Source of the DNA: an uncultured archaeon
GTDB taxonomy: Archaea > Asgardarchaeota > Lokiarchaeia > Sigyniarchaeales > SOKP01
DNA: 64,000 nucleotides
Assembly (NCBI GenBank): GCA_964388035.1
Contig: CAYLZE010000008.1
Span: 22,000 to 85,999, forward strand
Direction of reading: 5' to 3'
Below the pieces are notes generated by a model. The model was not told where the DNA came from. It did not search any database and worked only from the letters and a program-made list of their open reading frames with translations. Of this stretch, positions 39,978 to 49,766 are shown one piece after another. The first letter of the stretch is position 1; every line of letters starts with the position of its first letter. Made by a program: the position numbers and the translations under genes.

Positions 39978-41528
39978 TTGATTGTCTATTTTTTATTATT
40001 AGTATTCAGTGCTCAACCGGCAATCGTTTATTTCTGGTTTTTTTGGCAATTGTTTCCTACTAACCTCAATCTTACCTTCTTTATCCTATTTCCATTCATA
40101 TTCGTCTTAGGTATCATGATATTTATTTTAAGTTCCATTATCGTAGCAAAAATATTTTTATTAATTGTTAATGTAATACATAAACCAAAAGAAGGCGTTT
40201 ATGAAAGGACAAATCAAGATAAGGATTATTGTTATTGGAGTTTGAGAAATCTTATTAAAAAATGGCCTGCTTGGATCTGCAGGCAACTTAATCTTCCTTT
40301 ATTTGAAATTATAGCATTAAAAATTTTTGGGGTTAAAACTTCTTTTTCTAATGCCCTTCATGAGGCATGGATTGATTCAGAATTTATTCAAATGGGGAAA
40401 AATGTAAAAGTAGGCCAAGGGAGCCTTGTAACCTCAACATTATTGGCTAAAAATAAGTTAATTCTTAAAAGAGTCATTATTGGAGATAATGTAATAACGG
40501 GAATTCACTCTACAATCTTGCCCGGAACAATAATAGACTCTAACACGATTTTAGACACGAATTCTATGACCGCAGTAAATCAGCATTTGGAAGGAAAATC
40601 CGTGTATAGAGGTATACCCGCTGAGAAAATTTCACTCCCATCCAATCACCAACTATATCCAAGTTTAGAGCAACTTATTTTTAAAAAATCAGAAGAAGAA
40701 ATAAATTTTAATCAATTACTTAGCGCAGAGGGCAAAGAAATAAAAATACCTTTCATGTTTTACGTTTTAAGTGGGATGATAATAATTGGAGGATCTTTCA
40801 TTCTACCGGGATTTTTATTCGTACTCTTTTTCTTTGGGTTTCTAATTCCTGGATTCTTAACCACCACCTTTTCTTTCAGCTCTTTTTTAGAGATTAAAAC
40901 TATTTTAATATTATTTTCGACTCCATTAATTTTTGTTGGACTTTATCTTTTGCATCTCTTTTTTATTGCCTTGATTACCAGCTGGTTTTATATTTATGCA
41001 GATAAGTATGGTGCCGTGCAAGGAGTATTTGATAGGAATTTAGATGAAACATCGCGCGAAATAGACTATTATCACGTGCGTTCATTTCTTTTTAAATATC
41101 CTATTTTTTCCATAACTCGTTCACCTTTTCCCTGGTTATTGAATTGGGTATTAGCTCTTTGTAGATCTAATCAAATAGGGAAAGGAACCGTATTAGAAGA
41201 AACCTTCATCCATAGTCATGTTGATTTCGAGGAAAATTGCTATTTGGGAACCATGGCCCATATGACAAACCATTTAGTAGACGGTGTATATGGGGAAGAG
41301 AACCTGACGTTTTTTGGAATTAAAGTAGGTAAAAATTCTGTACTTAATGCCCTCACGGGAGGATTACCAGGAACCGAAATTGGCCCTAATTCTACGTTAT
41401 TACCGATGGCAACTACCGTGAAATACGATAAATTAGAAGGAAATGGCATTTATTCGGATTTTCCTATTAGACGAATGGATGATGAAAAAATAAAGATGCT
41501 TTTAGGAGGAATATTAGATGACAAGTGA
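39978..41528 (+). CDS. Membrane protein with two (TM hairpin + left-handed beta-helix acyltransferase) repeats
   Basis: Hexapeptide repeats (MGKNVKVGQGS, IIGDNVITG, VGKNSVL, IGPNSTL) alternate with hydrophobic hairpins. Confidence 0.8.
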   Translation: MIVYFLLLVFSAQPAIVYFWFFWQLFPTNLNLTFFILFPFIFVLGIMIFILSSIIVAKIFLLIVNVIHKPKEGVYERTNQDKDYCYWSLRNLIKKWPAWICRQLNLPLFEIIALKIFGVKTSFSNALHEAWIDSEFIQMGKNVKVGQGSLVTSTLLAKNKLILKRVIIGDNVITGIHSTILPGTIIDSNTILDTNSMTAVNQHLEGKSVYRGIPAEKISLPSNHQLYPSLEQLIFKKSEEEINFNQLLSAEGKEIKIPFMFYVLSGMIIIGGSFILPGFLFVLFFFGFLIPGFLTTTFSFSSFLEIKTILILFSTPLIFVGLYLLHLFFIALITSWFYIYADKYGAVQGVFDRNLDETSREIDYYHVRSFLFKYPIFSITRSPFPWLLNWVLALCRSNQIGKGTVLEETFIHSHVDFEENCYLGTMAHMTNHLVDGVYGEENLTFFGIKVGKNSVLNALTGGLPGTEIGPNSTLLPMATTVKYDKLEGNGIYSDFPIRRMDDEKIKMLLGGILDDK

Positions 41529-42405
41529 AAAAGAGAGTGCTTCTAAACCAGAACAAGATGTATTGGATTTAACTCAACTTCCAATTACAACGGGAACCTT
41601 TTACTGGACACCCACATCGACGATATTATATATCTTACTTCAATGTTTATCATTAATGATTCCCTTATCCTTGATATTGACATTTTTTACCGATGCATTA
41701 TATAGTAACTTTTTCCATTGGAGGATTTTTTTTATCGTATTTGATATTCTGGCTTGGTGGGGATCGTATCTCCTTGCCAGTATCACGATCGGGAAACTAT
41801 TATTGTTTTTATTAAAATTAATTCACACCCCAAAAGAAGGAATGTTCGATATGAAAGGGAAGGACAGGGATTATCAATTTTATTGCTTACGCGTCACGGT
41901 TAAAAAGTTTATTTTCTGGATTTGGAATAATTTTTGTTTTCCATGGGTGGCGAACATGGCGTTCAAAGCATGCGATATGAGAGCAGACTTCAAATCAACC
42001 ATGTTTGATGGATGGACAGACGTGGAATTTATTGAATTTGGAAATAATATGATGATAGGACAAGGAGCAGTAGTTCTTTCAAGCATGATTCTGGGAGATA
42101 AATTATTATTGAAAAAAACAATTATTGGGGACCACGTCGTATTAGGAGGAAATTGCGTTGTAGCGCCTGGGACAATCATTGGAAAAGGAACAACCTTGGG
42201 TATCTGGGCAGTTACCCATATTAACCAAATACTAGAGCCAGATTGGATATATATTGGAAGACCCGCTCGTAAATTCGTACCTACTAATACAATGATTGAA
42301 GAAAGCAAGAAGAAGTTTATAAGGAGGATTGTTGATACGGGAGAACGAATTCCGTTTGACGTTAACAAATACAAGCGAGAATTGCGCAAAAAGAGAAAAA
42401 TCTAG
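41518..42405 (+). CDS. Membrane protein with one TM hairpin + left-handed beta-helix repeat
   Basis: Paralogous to the upstream repeats (IHTPKEG, FIEFG, IIGDHVVLG, IYIGRPA); overlaps the upstream gene by 11 nt. Confidence 0.8.
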   Translation: MTSEKESASKPEQDVLDLTQLPITTGTFYWTPTSTILYILLQCLSLMIPLSLILTFFTDALYSNFFHWRIFFIVFDILAWWGSYLLASITIGKLLLFLLKLIHTPKEGMFDMKGKDRDYQFYCLRVTVKKFIFWIWNNFCFPWVANMAFKACDMRADFKSTMFDGWTDVEFIEFGNNMMIGQGAVVLSSMILGDKLLLKKTIIGDHVVLGGNCVVAPGTIIGKGTTLGIWAVTHINQILEPDWIYIGRPARKFVPTNTMIEESKKKFIRRIVDTGERIPFDVNKYKRELRKKRKI

Positions 42406-42557
42406 TCTTCTAAAAAGTAATAATCTAAATACAAGATAAAAATCAAAGCGATGATCTTCACATCTCTTACCTATACTTCTCATTCTATTAATATATTAAT
42501 AAAGAAAAAGTGTTATATTAGAAGTAAAAAATAAAAAAATTAAAAAAATTAAAAAAA

Positions 42558-43958
42558 TTAAAGACCCCTTTCTATAAGGTTAATCTTATTATTCTCCGCA
42601 TCTTCTTTAGAGATCTTGTACATGAAACCGAAGATGAGTATAGCAATTAAGATGATAATCATTGGTATTATTGACATTTGAAATTTTAATCCAAATTTAG
42701 CCAAATCGCTATTAGCAGTTCCTAAGGCGGGATCATAACCTGTAAAGCCGGATATGATACTAAAGATAAGCGTTTGAAAGAAGTATGAAAAAGCAGTAAA
42801 TACTCTCAAGATTCCATTATAACTACCTTCTTCTCGCCTTCCCGTCTTTAAAGCAGCATTATCGATGCCTTCCGCATAGAGGAGTTTATATACCACGGTA
42901 AATGTTCCACTATATGCTACGCCTATAAATGCAAATACTAATATTGTTCCCAGAAGATCAGTGAAAAATATGAAAGCACCCGCACAGGCTGCTATGATGA
43001 TCAAACCTATTAAATAAGCTTTTTTTACTCCCGTCCTTTTAGCAATCCATGCCCAGATAGGGGCGAAACAGAGACTTACTATGCCTGTTACAGCGATTGG
43101 AAAAGCAGTTGCACCAATTGATAAACCTAAATTATGTACGACAAAAAAATTTAATCCATAGGAGATGCACACTCCACCAACGGAGTATAAGAAAGATGTG
43201 AGTGTAATCGCCATCCAGTTTCTATCTCTAAAAATGCGGGATAATAAATTTTTAACAGAAGAGGAACCCTTTTTCTCACTATCTAATTCCGTTCGAAAAG
43301 TTTTCATATCAGCGGGCTCTCGGATCCCAAAACTATAAGGAACTATGAAGATAAAGACAATTATTATAATAATAAATACAGCAGTTAAATAAGCAGTGGA
43401 GCTAAGACCACCAAAGGAAGAGATGAGTGTTGGAACTATAAGAGCCGTTGCAATTGCAACAATACCAGTTATAACCCCAAGAAGTCCAGTAAGTTTTCTT
43501 CGATCTGAAAGTTCTCTAAATAAATCAGGAAATAATAAATCATGATTAACTTCATAGAGGGTCAAGGCGCTTTCATAAATGATCATCATGATTGCTAACC
43601 AAATAGCCGCTAATGTCATGTTATTTGTAATGGGAATAAAGCATATAATCAAAAGAATTGGGCAACTAATCACTCCAATCATTATATAGGGAAAACGCTT
43701 GCCAAATTTAGATGTGTACCTTGTTGAACGATCTGTTAAATAACCTATTATGGGATCATTCAAACCATCTACGATGGAATAAACAAGGTAAATCACGGTA
43801 ATCATTGCCTGCGGAATTAATAATACCGCGGCGGCATAAAATTGAATTTGTCACTATGTAGAGAAAATAAATCCACTAATGACTGCTTGAAATGAAAAAA
43901 ATAGTATTCTTTTATTGGTAATTTTTTCAGAATATTTAGTTTTTGATTCTGTCATCAT
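42558..43958 (-). pseudogene. GPH/MFS_2 sugar transporter interrupted by in-frame TAG-TGA at 43851-43856
   Basis: ATG 43958 ...FIFST**QIQFYAA... continues in frame into DGLNDPIIGYLTDR..GKRFPY and TGRREEGSY. Confidence 0.8.
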
Positions 43959-43996
43959 TTCTCATTCAATTTTTTTAGTTTTATAATGAAAAGTTT

Positions 43997-44038
43997 TAAA
44001 TGATAATATATCATTTATTAAATGATAATATTCATTTA
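43997..44038. promoter_or_regulatory. Tandem inverted repeats TAAATGA-N7-TCATTTA and TAAATGA-N6-TCATTTA (putative TetR operators)
   Basis: Two adjacent palindromes (43997-44017 and 44019-44038) between the divergent MFS and TetR genes. Confidence 0.6.
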
Positions 44039-44137
44039 TATTCTATCGTATTTAAGTTTTTTTTTCTCATTCGTTTAAAATTTTTTATAACTTCAATCAT
44101 TAAAGAAAAATTAAAGCACTCGGTAGGTAAATGATTT

Positions 44138-44803
44138 TTGATGAATCCGAAAAAAGCAACTAGAGCCCGATCACCCGAAAAAAAGTTAGCTAATTTCAAG
44201 AAGATTATTGAAATCGGTAAAAGACAACTTGCAAAACACGGAACGAGGGGATTAAGCTTGCGCTCTATAGCGAAGCAGATGAATATGGGGCAAACCAACA
44301 TTTATAATTATGTACAGAGCAAAAGAGAACTGTGGATCCTTATAAGATCCAGTTATTATAATGAATTTCTCGTTCCCTTTGATGAGATTATCAAAAATCA
44401 TGTAGGAGATTATTTAAGTCTATACATGAAACTTGCAGAATTCTTTCTTGATTTTGCTGGCAAGGATTATAACAGATTCGAAATAATGTTTTTAATTTCA
44501 GCACCTCCATCTAAAAAGAAAGGACCTTATGAACGAGCTTATGAACCCTTTCAAATAACGAAGAGATTGCTTATCCTTTTGGAAAAGGCAATCGAAGCAG
44601 GAGATGTTAGAAAAGAAGAAGAACTGATCAAATTAAATTATCAAATATTCAGCATGCTGATAGGTGCGGCAAGAATGGAGGCAGATCTAAAAGATCATTT
44701 TCAGATCATTGAACCCTTTGATATAAAATCCCTTTTAAAATCTCCCGAAGATTTTCGAAATTATGTGTTAAAAGTCTTAGAAACTATATTAAAAGTAATG
44801 TAA
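44138..44803 (+). CDS. TetR/AcrR-family transcriptional regulator
   Basis: G..GLSLRSIAKQMNMGQTNIYNYVQSKREL HTH. Confidence 0.92.
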   Translation: MMNPKKATRARSPEKKLANFKKIIEIGKRQLAKHGTRGLSLRSIAKQMNMGQTNIYNYVQSKRELWILIRSSYYNEFLVPFDEIIKNHVGDYLSLYMKLAEFFLDFAGKDYNRFEIMFLISAPPSKKKGPYERAYEPFQITKRLLILLEKAIEAGDVRKEEELIKLNYQIFSMLIGAARMEADLKDHFQIIEPFDIKSLLKSPEDFRNYVLKVLETILKVM

Positions 44804-45068
44804 AAACACAGTGTTCCTCAATTTTTTAACACATGTGTGAACCCTTAAATAGAGTTTATATAAAATAAATATTCTTACTCTTCGATTTTTTCTATAGGCA
44901 TTACGTTATTAACTTTATTAACAATATAAAATCCTATTTCTGCGTAGATTAGCATCTTGTAAAAGGATTTAAAGTTAAGAAAATGAAATTAAAAAATGAA
45001 GTCAATTAACTTTTTCCGTAAAATTAATTAAAAAAAATTAAAAAGAAAAAATGAATTATGAAAAAATT

Positions 45069-45711
45069 TTATTGTTCTATGACTTGCGGTATTAGCATTT
45101 GAGCAACTTTCTTAGGCATAAGCCAACCGATATAGCTAAACACATTTCCAACAACGTAGAGCGATCTTGTTAGTATAATGGTAAAGGGCGTATCTGAAAT
45201 GACAATACTTATGATTGCAGAAAAAACTCCAATCATTATTCCTAAAAAGATGAATTTACCTTTCAATCGAACTCTCGCATCTTTTGAACGAAGAAATTGC
45301 CTTAAAAAAAGTGATGTTGTTATAATAACAGATATCAATGAAAATAATAAGAAAGTGTTTATATAAAGAAAAGTTTCATTAAGGGTTGCTCCCGAACGTT
45401 GACCCAGGATTGTAGGATTGATTACAAGGAAAATTCCAAGGCCGACATCATAGATAGTACAAATGCTTAAAAAGACCGCCATTATTTTTTTCAAAGATTT
45501 AGGATAAATAAGAAGAGAAATAGAGTATATCCAAAGAATTAATCCCAAGGGAACGATTAAGTGGAATGTCAGGTGAAATACTAAATTGGGTTCGCTTAAA
45601 TTCGCGGTATTTGTATGCTATGCGAAGTCCAATGATAAATGATATGATAACATTTATCGTAGTGAAAATTCCGTGAAAAATCTCGATTTCTGGTAAACTT
45701 CCTAGTGCCAA
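45069..45711 (-). pseudogene. Multi-pass membrane protein, frameshifted (ORFs 45499-45711 and 45069-45548)
   Basis: A hydrophobic N-terminal ORF is followed by TM-rich sequence in another frame from about 45585; consistent with an internal deletion or frameshift. Confidence 0.65.
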
Positions 45712-46261
45712 TAATATCCCCTTAAAACGTTAAACTTGTTTTATTAAATTCCCAAAAAACGATATAATTAAACTATACTCACTCGACAAAATATTGCTTG
45801 GATACTATAGTGTTCCGATTTAAGATCCTTTCATTTGTGTAAAAAGCGTAAAATTTTTTTTGTTTTTCGTCGGCAATTGAAAAATTATCATTCTTGTCAA
45901 AATGGGAGAAAATTCATATGAACTCACTCGTCACTTTCGTAAATTCTTACCTCATCGGGTCTATATGGTTTCGTTAGGTGAGTACGGTTTGATTTCATTG
46001 CAAAGAAAAAGAGTTATATTTAAGTTTTTACTTTTTCCATGAATTACATATTATCATAAAAACGTGAAATCTTTAAGAGTATTATTTTATAATTGGTAAA
46101 ATAACAACAAATACACACAAAGAATTACAAAAAAGCTAATGAATGGAGAGAAATAATTCTATAATTTTAATAAATTAAAAGGATTAAAAAAGAAAATAAT
46201 GGTTTTATTAGCACTATATTTAAGTAATTCAAGAAATAAAATAAAAAGGAAAATTAAGAAG

Positions 46262-47095
46262 TTATATAATTTTGGGTTTTTCGGAAGGATTCCCTAGCAT
46301 TTCGCTCATCAACATCTGAAAATTATCAAAATGCCCTGGAAGTGTTTTTTGAACAAAAAAACATTCTGCAACCTCTAAATCTACTTTTTTTCCAATCGCA
46401 ATTGCCATAGAACGGAGCAACCTTTCAGCATATTTTTCTAATTTTTTAAGCTCTTCTGGACTTACATTGGCAGGATCTATATTTGGGGTAAAAATTTCCG
46501 CTAATAAGGTAAAAGTCGATTCAAATTTTAGAAAAGAATCTACTTTTTTTCTCATGGTTGAAGAAATGTTTACATAATAATTGGGGGGATGCCCCAAAAT
46601 TCCCATGAACCATACTTCAGAGCACTCATATGGCTTTATATCACCTTTAATTTGTTCGGGATATAAGAGAGGAAATGCCGCAAATGCCCCTGCTTCCGCT
46701 GCTATTCTTCCTGTTGCAATATGATCGGGGTGTATTTCATATGTTTGCCATGGATCGAAGGTTATTATACGATCTGCCTTTAACTTTCTAACGTGATAAA
46801 TTAAATCTTTTCTTAATTTTGATCCATCTATGAAACCCGCATCTGGATATCCTAACATTATAGTCTCCTTTACTCCCAAGATTTCATTTGCGGCTCTTAA
46901 TTCTTTTTCTCTCATTTCTGCCACATCTTCTAAGGTTAAATCCGTTCTAAAAGTGCCTACATTGCCACTCGTGCAGCAAATGGCATATATGTCATGCCCC
47001 TCTTCTGCCCATCGGGCAACTGTACCTGCACAAGAAAGTGCCATGTCATCCGGATGGGCAAAAATAACAACTATATTTAATTTATTATCATTCAA
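46262..47095 (-). CDS. PIG-L/LmbE family N-deacetylase
   Basis: AHPDD, T.GN.G, REKE...A..ILGV and HPDH. Confidence 0.92.
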   Translation of the reverse strand: MNDNKLNIVVIFAHPDDMALSCAGTVARWAEEGHDIYAICCTSGNVGTFRTDLTLEDVAEMREKELRAANEILGVKETIMLGYPDAGFIDGSKLRKDLIYHVRKLKADRIITFDPWQTYEIHPDHIATGRIAAEAGAFAAFPLLYPEQIKGDIKPYECSEVWFMGILGHPPNYYVNISSTMRKKVDSFLKFESTFTLLAEIFTPNIDPANVSPEELKKLEKYAERLLRSMAIAIGKKVDLEVAECFFVQKTLPGHFDNFQMLMSEMLGNPSEKPKII

Positions 47096-47258
47096 ATTAA
47101 CTCGCCTCGATTTAATATTGATACCTCTTAATTAAAAGGATTATATTGAAATAGAATTTTTTATCTATTTTATACAAATTTGAAGATAACATTTGATTTA
47201 ATATTTGAATTAAATAAGCAGAGCTTTAAATTATATAAAAGTAAATTTAAATTTAATA

Positions 47259-48062
47259 ATGTACCAAAACAATTCCCATAAAGTCAAACTATTAATAATT
47301 AATCCACATCCTGACGATGCAGAATTCGCTTGCGCATCCACTTGTAAACAAGCGATTGAACTGGGATGGGAGGTTTATGAAATTTTAATGACCTCTGATG
47401 AATATGGAACTACAAGAAAAGAGTTTAAAGGAGAAAGGATTAAAAGAATCAGAAAACATGAGATGAGAGAAGCAGTAAAAGTCTATGGAGTAAATCCCGA
47501 TGGAACTCCTAAAATCAATTTAATTTGGTTTGGCGAAATTGATGGATATCTCCCCTTTAATAGAAAGGTCTTCCTAAAACTCAAAAGAATTATCTTGAGA
47601 ATTAATCCCGATATCGTAATCGGGCCGGATAGCTTTTTTTCAATGGATTTGCATCCTGATCATGAACATGCAGGATGGCTCGTTTATTTAGCAATCAAGT
47701 CAATCAAACCCTCATTGAGACCTACTTTACTTTTATATCTCTCGTTTAATCCTAATCTTTACATTCCGATTAAGGATCTATCGATTCAATTAGAAGCGTG
47801 GTCAAAACACGTTTCTCAAACTAGTCCATTAGGTCTGAAGATTCTCAAACCTTTAAGGTTGATTTATTATTTATTAAGGATGCGCAAAATTGGACCTGTT
47901 TTTGCAGAAGGGTTTAGGAAAGTAAATTTTACTGAGAATGAGAATAAAATTAGAACATTCAAACATGAATTTCTTTACACTTTTATCGTAAAAAGAATGA
48001 GCGGTCCTCCTAAAGAAAGATATCTCCCGACACCCACAGAATTAGGATTAAATATAAAATAA
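47259..48062 (+). CDS. PIG-L/LmbE family N-deacetylase
   Basis: PHPDDAE, R..E, HPDH, H.SQ and AEGF. Confidence 0.9.
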   Translation: MYQNNSHKVKLLIINPHPDDAEFACASTCKQAIELGWEVYEILMTSDEYGTTRKEFKGERIKRIRKHEMREAVKVYGVNPDGTPKINLIWFGEIDGYLPFNRKVFLKLKRIILRINPDIVIGPDSFFSMDLHPDHEHAGWLVYLAIKSIKPSLRPTLLLYLSFNPNLYIPIKDLSIQLEAWSKHVSQTSPLGLKILKPLRLIYYLLRMRKIGPVFAEGFRKVNFTENENKIRTFKHEFLYTFIVKRMSGPPKERYLPTPTELGLNIK

Positions 48063-48177
48063 ATATTTTCAAAGATATAGTCTCCCTTCAATAAAAACCG
48101 AATATTTATAAGATGAAGAATCAAAATAAATACTTAACATTCTAAAATAATTCAAACAAAAAATAGAGAAAAAAAAA

Positions 48178-49596
48178 ATGGAAAACGAAAATCTACAATC
48201 AACAGGACCACGAAAATTCAGTATCAAAGAGCGATTATATTGGGGATCAGCTTCTTTCGGTGGGGCAATTATAAGTGGAATTTATGCGAGTCTCTTACCC
48301 ATATTTTTTACGGACTATCTTGGACTAGTGGAATCCGCATGGATAATTTACGTTGTGAGCTTTATCTATGCAATCTGGAATGCGATTAATGATCCCATAT
48401 TTGGTATCATAAGCGATAGAACCAAGTCAAAAAAAGGAAGAAGAATCCCTTTCATGCGTTATACTGCCCCGTTCTTGGCATTGTTTTTCATATTTATTTG
48501 GTTTGCAGATCCAAGCTTCTCAGAATTCGCTCTTTTTTGGTGGATGCTGATTACGATGCTTCTTTATGATACCGCTTATACAATCATCTTTTTAGTGTTT
48601 TCAGCATTATTACCAGAAATTACCGAATCAGAGCCAGAGCGAAATGGACTACAAGTATTTAGTTCTTTTTTTAGCTTGATTGGTCAAATTCTTGGATTCG
48701 TTATTCCTGACATATTTAGACACCAAGCAAGTTTTCTTCCTCTTAGAATGTCGATGATTGCTGTAGGAATAATTGGCGCAGGATTCATCATGCTGACAAC
48801 CTATAAGTTCAAAGAACGCCCCGAATTCACGACAGTCGATCAACCATTAGGATTGTGGGACATGGTAAAGTTCACTTTTAAAAGTAAGGCGTTCATTGTT
48901 GCCGTGATTGCAAATTTCATGAGCATTCTCCTCCAGTCATTAATACTAGGTTCGCTTTTTTATTTAGCAGATTATGTTACACAAACTTCCACGATAATTC
49001 TAATAATCTTCGTCTTTGTTCCCTTGCTTATAGGAATTTGGATCACGCCCCAGTTGATTAAGAAATGGGGAGTCGTTAAATCGGATCAACTATTACTTGT
49101 CATCGGTGGTATAGGATTGATTCTTTTAACATTCATGCCAACGAATATAACTATTTATATCTCATTGGTGATTGCTTCATTTGGATTTGTCGGGCCGCTA
49201 GTCTACACGAACCTGCTATTTGCCCAAGTGTGTGATGAAGATGAAATACGCACGGGTGTGAGAAGAGAAGCGATGTTTTTTGGTGTAAATGCCTTGATTA
49301 CTAAGCCCGCTCAGAGCGTTGCTTTAGTGATCCCAGTAGCACTTTTAGCCGCCACGGGGTTCATTCCTCGAACATTAACTGGTGGAATAGCGGACCCCAG
49401 TATTCAACCTGCAGCAGCTCTATTTGCCATAAGACTCTTTATTGGATTAATTCCTGGTATTGCATTGATTTTAGAAGCCCTAATTTTATTGGCTTATCCT
49501 TTAAAGGGAGAATATTGGACAAAGATCCAAAAAGAGATTTTAATTCTTCATGATGAGAAGCATAAGAAATTACAGGAAATGATGAAAAAACAATAA
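48178..49596 (+). CDS. GPH/MFS_2 glycoside transporter
   Basis: WNAINDPIFG..SDRT..K.GRRIPF, DE..TGVRREA and about 12 TM segments. Confidence 0.92.
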   Translation: MENENLQSTGPRKFSIKERLYWGSASFGGAIISGIYASLLPIFFTDYLGLVESAWIIYVVSFIYAIWNAINDPIFGIISDRTKSKKGRRIPFMRYTAPFLALFFIFIWFADPSFSEFALFWWMLITMLLYDTAYTIIFLVFSALLPEITESEPERNGLQVFSSFFSLIGQILGFVIPDIFRHQASFLPLRMSMIAVGIIGAGFIMLTTYKFKERPEFTTVDQPLGLWDMVKFTFKSKAFIVAVIANFMSILLQSLILGSLFYLADYVTQTSTIILIIFVFVPLLIGIWITPQLIKKWGVVKSDQLLLVIGGIGLILLTFMPTNITIYISLVIASFGFVGPLVYTNLLFAQVCDEDEIRTGVRREAMFFGVNALITKPAQSVALVIPVALLAATGFIPRTLTGGIADPSIQPAAALFAIRLFIGLIPGIALILEALILLAYPLKGEYWTKIQKEILILHDEKHKKLQEMMKKQ

Positions 49597-49766
49597 AATT
49601 ACATATTTTTTTCTTTTCATTTACTTCTTTTAATTTATTTAATCAAATTAAATCGCGTTATCTGTAGTTTCATTTTTTCTGAGCAATTTAATCAACTTTA
49701 AATCGGAATGATTAAATAAAAAAATAGAAGAAATTGGAACGATTTAAACTTTTTTTGAGATTTTCT

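Noticed and set aside
43851-43856. Selenocysteine/pyrrolysine recoding or stop-codon reassignment to explain the in-frame TAG/TGA codons
   Set aside because: TAA, TAG and TGA all interrupt genes here and all three terminate intact genes. The positions are not catalytic Cys-like sites, and some affected genes also carry deletions.
45920-45985. Hammerhead ribozyme (CCGAUGAG-stem-GAAA on the minus strand)
   Set aside because: The core has C in place of the conserved U and an extra G, and there is no convincing stem I, stem III or NUH cleavage triplet.
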